A stretch of 64,000 nt of DNA from Macrostomum hystrix (taxonomy: Eukaryota; Animalia; Platyhelminthes), in NCBI GenBank assembly GCA_950097015.1, contig CATNEN010000004.1:1-64000 (forward strand), given 5' to 3'. The notes beneath the pieces were generated by a model. That model worked only from the letters and a program-made list of their open reading frames with translations. It was not told the DNA's origin and ran no database searches. Shown here one piece after another: positions 50,601-60,109 of the stretch. A program made the position numbers and the translations under genes. The number at the start of each line of letters is the position of its first letter. Within the stretch, counting starts at the first letter, position 1.

Positions 50601-52690
50601 TTGATTAGTCATTGAGACTCTTGATTAGTATTTGAGACTCTTGATTAGTCATTGAGACTCTTGATTAGTCATTGAGACTCTTGATTAGTATTTGAGACTC
50701 TTGATTAGTATTTGAGACTCTTGATTAGTCATTGAGACTCTTGATTAGTATTTGAGACTCTTGATTAGTCATTGAGACTCTTGATTAGTCATTGAGACTC
50801 TTGATTAGTATTTGAGACTCTTGATTAGACATTGAGACTCTTGATTAGTCATTGAGACTCTTGATTAGTCATTGAGACTCTTGATTAGTATTTGAGACTC
50901 TTGATTAGTCATTGAGACTCTTGATTAGTCATTGAGACTCTTGATTAGTATTTGAGACTCTTGATTAGTCATTGAGACTCTTGATTAGTCATTGAGACTC
51001 TTGATTAGTCATTGAGACTCTTGATTAGTATTTGAGACTCTTGATTAGTATTGAGACTCTTGATTAGTCATTGAGACTCTTGATTAGTCATTGAGACTCT
51101 TGATTAGTATTTGAGACTCTTGATTAGTATTTGAGACTCTTGATTAGTCATTGAGACTCTTGATTAGTCATTGAGACTCTTGATTAGTCATTGAGACTCT
51201 TGATTAGTATTTGAGACTCTTGATTAGTCATTGAGACTCTTGATTAGTCATTGAGACTCTTGATTAGTCATTGAGACTCTTGATTAGTATTTGAGACTCT
51301 TGATTAGTCATTGAGACTCTTGATTAGTCATTGAGACTCTTGATTAGTATTTGAGACTCTTGATTAGTCATTGAGACTCTTGATTAGTCATTGAGACTCT
51401 TGATTAGTCATTGAGACTCTTGATTAGTATTTGAGACTCTTGATTAGTCATTGAGACTCTTGATTAGTCATTGAGACTCTTGATTAGTATTTGAGACTCT
51501 TGATTAGTCATTGAGACTCTTGATTAGTCATTGAGACTCTTGATTAGTCATTGAGACTCTTGATTAGTATTTGAGACTCTTGATTAGTATTTGAGACTCT
51601 TGATTAGTCATTGAGACTCTTGATTAGTCATTGAGACTCTTGATTAGTCATTGAGACTCTTGATTAGTATTTGAGACTCTTGATTAGTCATTGAGACTCT
51701 TGATTAGTCATTGAGACTCTTGATTAGTATTTGAGACTCTTGATTAGTCATTGAGACTCTTGATTAGTATTTGAGACTCTTGATTAGTCATTGAGACTCT
51801 TGATTAGTATTTGAGACTCTTGATTAGTCATTGAGACTCTTGATTAGTCATTGAGACTCTTGATTAGTATTTGAGACTCTTGATTAGTCATTGAGACTCT
51901 TGATTAGTCATTGAGACTCTTGATTAGTCATTGAGACTCTTGATTAGTATTTGAGACTCTTGATTAGTATTTGAGACTCTTGATTAGTCATTGAGACTCT
52001 TGATTAGTCATTGAGACTCTTGATTAGTCATTGAGACTCTTGATTAGTATTTGAGACTCTTGATTAGTCATTGAGACTCTTGATTAGTCATTGAGACTCT
52101 TGATTAGTATTGAGACTCTTGATTAGTCATTGAGACTCTTGATTAGTCATTGAGACTCTTGATTAGTCATTGAGACTCTTGATTAGTCATTGAGACTCTT
52201 GATTAGTCATTGAGACTCTTGATTAGTCATTGAGACTCTTGATTAGTATTGAGACTCTTGATTAGTCATTGAGACTCTTGATTAGTCATTGAGACTCTTG
52301 ATTAGTCATTGAGACTCTTGATTAGTCATTGAGACTCTTGATTAGTCATTGAGACTCTTAATTACTCACGAGGATTTTATGATGGGTCATGGGGATTCTT
52401 GATGGTTCATAGGGATTCTTGATGGCTCATGGGGATTCCTGATGAGTCATGGGGATTCCTGATGGGTCATAATTGTGACACAGTGTGTTAATGTGCCGTA
52501 TCTTAACCGTTCTACTCACAAGTAGCCACAGCAGAAAATGAGCGCCCATTTTTGCACTTCCAAAAATCCAATATTGCAGATGATGGAGGAGCGAGAGCAG
52601 CGCCTGAGGGACCAGCGAGAGCGGGAGCTGCGGTTCGATCGTGAGCAGCTGAAGTACAACCCCATCAACTGGAGCTGCTCGCTGAAATAA
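44690..52690 (+). CDS. Unnamed 218-aa protein (exons 44690-45045, 45140-45222, 50060-50166, 52580-52690): Pro-rich N-terminus, helical/charged C-terminus ending [12 protein letters not shown]
   Basis: All three GT-AG junctions are phase-consistent (2, 1, 0), totalling 657 nt with no correction needed. Intron 2 hosts the LTR element and intron 3 the 20-nt array. Confidence 0.85.
45700..48830 (-). CDS. pol: Pol (PR-RT-RNaseH-IN with GPY/F tail), -1 frame relative to gag; tail offset by one base at a T9 run
   Basis: VDTGA (protease), YIDD (RT), TDAS (RNase H), H-x3-H...C-x2-C, HIDLVGP, TDQGAQF and NGIVER (integrase). LEAPYQGPY lies in the adjacent frame (ORF 45700-46134). Confidence 0.95.
48820..49674 (-). 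CDS. gag: Gag of the LTR element
   Basis: [21 protein letters not shown]...TKFHHTL and LGDRRPSQL motifs and a C-terminal C-x3-H-x7-C-x3-C cluster. The ATG lies just after the PBS; the track's start at 49746 falls inside the LTR. Confidence 0.88.
   Translation of the reverse strand: MPKTRRHEPGTAEAQRQQRQPDETPQMPERQITQHAVKPPAFYRKSPEIWFRQLESQFTLAGIVNPTTKFHHTLAALPEDVACSIDLDTGDYASLKSAVLESLRVNRHQRIEEALAAVELGDRRPSQLVNDIKRKFGEVGLQVDDSIVKSRLLSALPTHIRSALVGHEDAPLDAFSKIADSMLAVSASTTPFAPINRAIAPGQLSAGNKKSPFRGARRDDFQANRNSLRRPKICNGHLYYAAEARTCRPWCQWPGPKPTITLASRQPTPTQSRSSSPMPTAASN
50212..52470 (+). repeat. Intronic minisatellite, 20-nt unit TTGAGACTCTTGATTAGTCA (variant ...GTAT), followed by a short second 20-nt array GATGGGTCATGGGGATTCTT
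   Basis: About 105 units inside intron 50167-52579. Confidence 0.96.
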
Positions 52691-53204
52691 ATTGGACTCA
52701 AACTCAAACCGCACTCAGGAGAAGTCTGTGAAACAGAGACAATTATAGATAAATTTGTACTTTCAGCTGTGCAAATTTACACAGAACGATCCAGACTGGA
52801 CAGTGGCTCGTCCGCAGATTCGCCCTGCTACACTCGATTTGTATCAGAAATCCCACAATGTCCTTCTTTATCTAGACTTTCCTTGTGCGGAAAAGTTTGA
52901 CAAATTGCTTGTATTTTATTATTATTTCAACTTAGATACCTGAAAAGTGCTTTAGATGTTGAAGCCAGTAGGTACTTTAGAGGCTATCAATGGTACGTGT
53001 AATCATATTTAAAATAAATTGTACTAATTGAGTGCATTGAGAACCAAGCCTAATTTAAAAATATATATCACACTTTCTGCAACTTTTTAATTAATTTTTT
53101 TACTAGAACAAACAAAATTCGGCACTTTAAATTCTGCTTAGCAATTAATATGCGCTTCAAACACCTGCGTCTCCTCTATCTTTCCAAGCCCAAGTTGCCA
53201 ATCT

Positions 53205-53430
53205 CACTCCACACCCACCTTACTCCTCACCCACCTCACTTCTCACACTCCCCACTCAGCACCCACCTCACTCCTTACTCACATCAATCCTCACCCACCT
53301 CACTCCTCACCCACCTCACTCCTCACCCACCTCACTCCTCACCCACCTCACTCCTCACCCACCTCACTCTTCATGCACCTTATCCTTCTTAGACCTTATC
53401 CTCCTCACCCACCCCACTCCTCACCTGCTA
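53205..53430 (+). repeat. C-rich low-complexity repeat (CACCCACCTCACTCCT-like)
   Basis: Repeated CACCCACCTCACTC motifs. Confidence 0.8.
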
Positions 53431-53872
53431 GGAGCAAAACAGGAGCGAGATAGGCAGGAAAAAGGTGCACACACAGAATAACCGCCTTGACGCATTAGTT
53501 AATTTTTACCATCTGCTCAAACACATACACAGACTCAATTTTTAATTTAATTCTCAGTCCTAAAGCTCTCTCCATTCAAACGAAAAAAAGTTTTTTTTCT
53601 TAGAATGCAAGAAGCTGAGAAGGAAAGACAGGGGGTTGAGTATAGCAGACAGACGGGAAGGCATTATCTCTCAGGCATTCACGGAGAGACCCAGTTGGAG
53701 CCACTAACCATTTTATGACAAGGCGAGTCCCCGACGGCCATACGGCAGCCAACCCCAGCATTCTCACCCCAACCACACCACCCTACACCTGATGGAGACA
53801 AGAAAAAACGTAATGAGCTCAGAGACTAAGCTAGCTGACACCAAAAAACGAACTGAGCAACGCCGTCGCAGT

Positions 53873-53886
53873 GTTACCATAGCAAC
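53873..53886. promoter_or_regulatory. RFX X-box GTTACCATAGCAAC, ending 12 nt upstream of the ATG at 53899
   Basis: Matches the GTTRCCATRGYAAC consensus. Confidence 0.65.
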
Positions 53887-53898
53887 CAGGTTAACACC

Positions 53899-55844
53899 AT
53901 GGCCAGCGGCCTGTTCCTTCGGCTGCAGGCGCAGCAGTTGCCAGTGAAGATGTACGGCTTCGACTCGGTGGATCGGGATCGCGAGAGGGACATTGTGGCC
54001 CGCCTGACGGCGCCTCCGAGGGCTTCGTCGGCTGCTTCGAATCGGCAGTATCGCGACGGTGGGGTCGGCGGCAACAAAGGAGGACGACCGGTCTCGGCTT
54101 CGTCCAGCAGCAAGGCAGCTGAAGATGTCGACGAGGACGATGGATCCGATGACGGGTCGGTCTGCGAGCGCTACCGGACCGATATGCGGTCCGAGGCGCG
54201 ACCACGGCGACTGCTGGCAGCCGAAGACTATTCTAAGGCGTTGTTCGCCCGCCTAGGCAGGTCGCACACCTTCAGCAGCAGGTGCAAGCAGCGGGGCCTG
54301 GATCCGCACCGCCTGTGCAGCCGGGGAGCAGGCGAACTGCCCGACTATGCGCCAATACAGGACATCAACGCAGCCGCGAAGGCGCCACCGCCGCCGCCAC
54401 CGGATAAAAAAAAGCAGCAGCAGCAAGTTAGTTATACAAATATTTGTGAACAATAAACCCTTCAACATTGGATTGCTAATCTAGTCTCTGTGAGTAGGGA
54501 ATAAAAAGATAGTGGATTGCTAATCTAGTCTCTGTGAGTAGGGAATAGAGAGATAGTGGATTGCCAATCTAGTCTCTGTGAGTAGGGAATAGAGAGATAG
54601 TGGATTGCTAATCTAGTCTCTGTGAGTAGGGAATAGAGAGATAGTGGATTGCTAATCTAGTCTCTGTGAGTAGGGAATAGAGAGATAGTGGATTGCTAAT
54701 CTAGTCTCTGTGAGTAGGGAATAGAGAGATAATGGATTGCTAATCTAGTCTCTGTGAGTAGGGAATAGAGAGATAGTGGATTGCTAATCTAGCCTCATCA
54801 ATCTGACGTCGGCCCGCTCCTGTATGCCCTCAGCCGCAGCGCCAAGGCCCCAGTTTGGCCGTAGTTCTCGGCTTCAGCCGGATGGCCAGTCGAGCTTCGG
54901 CACTGGCCGAGGCCAGCAAGGCGCCGGAGCGTCGCCAGGAAGCGGCAAAGCAGCGGGCCAGCCCGTTCGGCCTGGTGTTTCGCACAGCGGAGCAGCGCGA
55001 CCCAGACGGTGGCGGCGGCGCCGAGAAGACGGTGGCCTCCACGGCGGTGTTCGGGGCGCTGGGCCGGCTGCGCTACCGGGCCAAGCGGGAGGAGATTCAG
55101 CAGCGGGATCGGGACCAGCGAGCCAGGCAGCTGCAGTCCAACTGGGAGATCGTCAACGCGACGGAATTCGTGCGCAATTTCGAACGGGAGAACAGTCGAG
55201 GGATGCGACTTGCCATCCTGGGCCGGCCGACCGTCTCCAGCCGATTCAAAGGCAGTGTCGGTGGCGGCGGCAGCAGCAGCGGCGGCTGTCCGTTCTGTCA
55301 GGAGATGCCGGAGTTGGCGCTCGAGTGGCAGCAGAGGTTAGCGTCGGCCCGCGGCGAACGCGACGGCGCCAACGACGAGGACAATTACGACTCGGAATGT
55401 CAACGATGCGGTCGACATCACCGCGTCTGGAAGCTGCCGCCGAAGGAGCAGCCAGACGAAGCCGTGGGCGGCGCGGCTCAGACGACGCTGACAGCGGATG
55501 CGGAGGCGGCGGCGAAAGCGGCTGAAGCCGAGGCGGCCCGGATTGCCAGGCTGCGCGCGCCGACCAGAGCCAGCGAAGGCGGCGTGCCGTTCTGCCAGCG
55601 CGGCCAGTCGGACGCCGGACCATGGCTGGGCAGCGCGCTGCTGGGCTTCGAGGCGCATCGGCCCAAGAGCGCCCTGGAGCGGGTGCGGAGCTCGCAGAGG
55701 AGGCGCGAACTCATCGACGCCATGTCTGTCCGGCTGCATAGCCGCGGCGGAGGCGGAGGCGGAGGCGGAGGTGGGGGCGGAGGCGGAGGCGGAGGCCGCT
55801 TAATTGCTGAACGAAGGCCCGTCAGCGGTCGCGTTCTGTCTTAG
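53899..55844 (+). CDS. Unnamed ~512-aa Ala/Gly/Arg-rich protein (exons 53899-54426, 54834-55844)
   Basis: Donor caa|gttag and acceptor ccctcag|ccg (phase 0, branch-like CTGAC upstream) join the two ORFs. It contains a CPFC...CQRC pair and a C-terminal poly-Gly tract. Confidence 0.72.
54465..54792 (+). repeat. Intronic minisatellite, 44-nt unit GTGGATTGCTAATCTAGTCTCTGTGAGTAGGGAATAGAGAGATA
   Basis: About 7 units inside intron 54427-54833. Confidence 0.93.
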
Positions 55845-56269
55845 CGCCTTGTACTCAATGTCACTTCTGATTTGCTATGTTTTAACAATTGTAACTAAGA
55901 TTAAACGATACTCATTAGAAATACAGATTAGAGGTACTTTAATATCGTGCCTCAAGTAAGTCAGTTTGCTGCTATCACGGAACAACCTAATGTCAAGTCC
56001 AGTCCAGATTATCCAGTCAAGCTTCTCAAAAAGGGTTTGAGATAAGCATAAAAAATACAACAGTTCCTCTGTGACTATAAGCAATGAATAATTAAATTTA
56101 AGGAGCGCTTCTGATTAAATTACGCGACTCAAATAAGCTGAGCAGAATGGATGCAGCTAAGAGCTCGTAAATTGGGATAATAACAGACTTGACAATCTTA
56201 GCAGTACAATGGTTAGTCAGATTTCTTTAGACAGCTTACTGTATTTCGTGTTACCGCTACACCTCAATC

Positions 56270-56360
56270 TTCCATTACCCCAGCTAATACTGATACCCAT
56301 TTGTTCCAGTGGAGTCGGGAATCGAACCCCGGCCTTCAAGTCGTGAGTCCACAACACTAC
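56270..56360 (-). mobile_element. Internally deleted family A SINE fragment
   Basis: Minus strand GGGTTCGATTCCCGACTCCACTGGAACAA is joined directly to AATGGGTA, skipping most of the CORE-like segment seen at 4925-5198. Confidence 0.55.
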
Positions 56361-56476
56361 TAAAACTCATTTAGCGCACTGTTTTGTATTCAAACTGCTC
56401 GAATAAAAAGGGAAAATATATTATGAAAATTAAGAAAGTTAGGAAGGCCAGAAACTACAGCAACTCTTGCTTTTGG

Positions 56477-59232
56477 TTAATGATTAAGTCGGTCACTGTG
56501 AAGATGGCTGGAACAGCTGCCGAAGAGCGTCCTCAAGGCCATTTCGCTCCACCAGCCACCAGCAGAGCATTCAAAGTATGCCAATGCACCGATCTCCGCA
56601 GCCATCTGGCTTCCCTGCTGCTCACTGATGGGATCTAGGCCCTGCGCCTTCAGCTGATCGATTGTTGACTGGTCGATTCTCAGATCCAGCTGGGTACCGA
56701 CAAGCACTATGGGGGCCTCAGGACAGTAGCAGCTCAGCTCAGGGTGCCATCTCAGTTTAACGCTTTCAAAGCTAGCCGGGTTGATTACGCTAAAGCAGAC
56801 AAAAAACACATCCGCTTGGTAATACCTCTGCAGCCGGCAGTTATCAAATGCATCCGAGTTTCTAGTGTCCACAAAATTGAAGCGCCTGAAGCAGTCTCTG
56901 AAACAAACGACTTTAGAATGGAAATCGCTCGCGCCGTGGTTGTACAAGTGTTGCTCCTCCGAGAATGCATTTGCCAGAGAAGTTTTTCCCACAGCCTCGT
57001 CTCCAATCAGGACGATGTTCACCGATGCGATCTCGCTTTTAGAACTCGGTTCCTCGACTGACAAAGTATTCGCGCTGAAAAATTCATCAACGCAATCATC
57101 ATCTTCCGCTGAATAAGTTGGAGCCCCCTCGTGAAACTTGATTTCCATTGAGTCTTGGGGTCTGAAAATCACGAAATGTAATATTTTTGTGCTGTTTAAT
57201 TGGCTATTTAGTTGCTACAATTACCTCGCCTCTGAATCATCTGAGTCCTTGTCCACAGCGGTTTGCAGGGCCACTTCGAGGACAGTCTCCAGACCTGCAC
57301 GTGTCATGGCTGAGCACTCGATGTACATTTTAGCTCCAATTTTGCTGGCCAAATTCATTCCTAAAGAGCAGCTCGCGTCTTTTTCTCGAAGGTCGATTTT
57401 TGTTCCGACCAGAATGACCGGCGTGTTCGGGCAGTGCTGAGTGACCTCCGGGTGCCATCGGGTGAGCACGCTTTCAAACGAGGCAGAACTGACGACTGAG
57501 AAGCAGATGAGAATCACGTCTGCCTGACTGTAGTTATTCGGCCGCATCCAGTCAAAGCTCCTTGATCCGCTGAGGTCCCAGAAGCCGACAGCAACTTTTT
57601 GACCGTCCCACGAGAACTTCCATTCTGAAGCAGTCGTCAGTCTCGGTTGGCGCGTAGCTCAACGAACAGCTGCCTTCAGCGAGTGCACTGAGCAGGCAAG
57701 TCTTGCCTACTTCCTTCGTCACCAATGGCTACTATTTTTAGTATAGCTGCTGTCGCCAGTGACAGGCGTTGGTACAACCTCCTTGTCTGTTCGCAGTCCT
57801 CACTGCTCAGCGAACCTGTTTGCAGGCTTGTGTTTGGAGTTTGTTTGAGGTAATTAGTGAACTTGCTTGCTTGACTAGTCTAGTTGTCACAGATAACCTA
57901 ACTGATCAGTCTAGCACGTCTTTTACCTTGGTTGAGCTTCCACTGTGGAGGTCCTGTCATATTTGACACATTCAATGTCAGATTTCAATAATCTTTCAAG
58001 AGAACTACTCGTAGCTCCATCAGAATAACGTGCAGGTCCAGCAACATTGGGTAGTGACCTGGTATTTGAAGATAGAACAAGCAGCAGTGATAGCCACTCA
58101 GAATAACATCATAAATATTACGAGCCAACTTGATTAGACTCACAATCCAAGCGAATCCTTGTCACGCTTTGTTTTGAAAGAGCGCTTGAAAACCTTGAAA
58201 ATATTTCCTTGGAATCTGAAAGAAAGCAATTATTAATAATTGCAGGAGGGCTGCAGGCAGTGGCACATCATTTGGTGACGCTCGACCCGCAGCCAGCGAG
58301 GAGGCAATTCTGCCCATTCCGCTGACTCCTGAGCACACACGCACATAGGTGTGTACATCTGCCCTGACTTTCTCATCGTCAGGCAGTGTACACTTTCACT
58401 GTGCCTTGGAGCTGGGCCCTCAATGGCGTAAATTGCACACCCAAGCGTTCTCTCCGCGGCTGCGCCCCAAATAAATGTGGCCTCGCCGCGGAATCGAACA
58501 TAGGGACCTTGTTGCGAGAGGCAAACGCGTTAACCGCTCTGCCACCGACCACGAACTTCTGCACTAGAGAAAAAGATTTCCCATTTTAACTGCATCTGCA
58601 ATGAGGCGATCGTAAAGTTAGACTATTTCCCATTGGAAGTACTTTGCTACTCACGATTTATTCTTACGGCCCTTCTTGTTCGTTTCTGGCTTTGAGCCGA
58701 GCGCAGCACGGATGGCTTCGTCAAAAACATTCTTCACACCCTTCTGAGTCTTGGCCGAGCACTCCAAGTACTTCACTGCTTTGATCTCCTTGGCCATCGT
58801 GATGCCCTGCAGTTGCGTTGTCGGAGCCAAGTTTTCCTCCTTAAGCTTGGCGATTTTTACCTGGTCGTCGCGAAGATCCAGCATGGTGCCCACCAGCACA
58901 ATGGGAATGTTCGGACAGCAATGCTCAACTTCTGGGTACCACTTGGTGCGCACATTCTCATAGCTGGTCGGGCTGATGAGTGAGAAGCAGATGATGAACA
59001 CATCCGTATCCGGGTAGCTCAGCAGCCTGAGCCTGTCGTATTGTTCTGCGCCAGCGGTGTCACAAAAGTCCAAGTTGATCTGCTTGTTGTCAATCATGAG
59101 ATTTACAGAGTAGTTGTCGCTTAACGTAGGGGGACACCACCCTTCTTCCCAGCTGTTTTTAATGTATGAAGTGAGCAGGCAGGTCTTGCCGATAGCGCCA
59201 TCTCCGACAACGACGCACTTGATGCGGTCCAT
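56477..59232 (-). CDS. Single 5-exon gene encoding three tandem Rho/Rac-family GTPase domains, ~704 aa (exons 58655-59232, 58144-58215, 57927-58058, 57225-57874, 56477-57161)
   Basis: Domain 1 is Rac-like ([19 protein letters not shown]). Domain 2 has GDEGVGKT, DLSG, TKID, CSA; domain 3 has [19 protein letters not shown]. Donors GTGAGT, GTGAGT, GTAAAA and GTAATT with AG acceptors are all phase 2. Two 1-nt insertions in exon 4 (57711-57712, 57607-57609) must be removed. Confidence 0.78.
58250..58552 (-). mobile_element. Family B SINE (copy 2, in intron 1 of the triple-Rho gene)
   Basis: Reverse-complement match to 22786-23110 (GGCAGAGCGGTTAACGCGTTTGCCTCTCGC...GATGAGAAAGTCAGGGCAGATGTACACACC). 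Confidence 0.75.
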
Positions 59233-59689
59233 GGCCTCGATGTAACTTATTTACTTATTTGAGTTAGGTAATTAGCAGCTTGTTAAATGCTTTTCACCAG
59301 TAGCCAAAGGCGGTGCACAGAAAATTCAGTAATCAGCGTAGCAGAAGTATCTACGCCGATGCTGCGTAAAACCCCAATTTTATATCTTTAAGGACGGGTT
59401 GAAATGGGCTAGAAAGAAAATCCTTAATTACCTTCGAAATCAAGAGACTTTTTGCACCATTTTTCGAGTCAGACTAGGCGGATACGATTAAATAGATGCG
59501 GATGTTTTGAAATGGACTGAATCGGCATCTCTCATTTCACAATTTTCTAACTTTCTTTCGTCTTCTCATCGCTCTACTACTGTGTACAGTGAGCAGTTAG
59601 ACTGAGTTCAGAGTCCGTTCTCTGCATCTGCAGGCAACAATGCAACAATATGCAATAATAGTATTCATATATGCAGGAGGGCACAGGTG

Positions 59690-59850
59690 AGTACATCTGC
59701 CCTGACTTTTTCATTATTAGGCCTTGGTGGTTGGTCGGCGTCAATTGTACGACAAACCCCTAAGCCTTCTCTCCGCGGTTGCGTCCGAAATGAATGTGGC
59801 CTCGCCGCGGAATCGAGCTTAGGGACCTTGGTGCGAAAGGCGTGCATTGT
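59690..59850 (-). mobile_element. Family B SINE (copy 3, partial)
   Basis: Shares ATCTGCCCTGACTTT and AATGTGGCCTCGCCGCGGAATCGA with copy 2. Confidence 0.68.
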
Positions 59851-60109
59851 AATGTGCAATTGTGCATTGTGCATTGTTGTTGCTGCTTTTTATTTTCATT
59901 AGGCCCAACAGTGAGATCTCGTAAGAAATTATTTTTTTAATATAGAGCTGTACAGTACTTTAAATAAATATCTCTATCTGTAAAGTACATTGAAGCCCAA
60001 AGATTAGAGCTTTAGACTTCTTACCAAAAGTTTCGAATTTCGAATCTAAGCCTAATGAAACGTTTTCTCTTGAGTATGACGCTTATAGATTCACAAGCGT
60101 CATTTATTC

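Noticed and set aside
54793-54864. Frameshift in exon 2 of the 53.9-kb gene if the acceptor at 54792 is used
   Set aside because: The better pyrimidine-rich acceptor at 54833 restores the frame without any correction.
56477-59232. Three independent Rho genes in a tandem cluster
   Set aside because: Two of the three stops coincide with consensus donors, linker exons are open and in phase, domain 2 has no ATG before its P-loop in its exon, and no domain has a CAAX end. It remains the fallback model until RNA data are checked.
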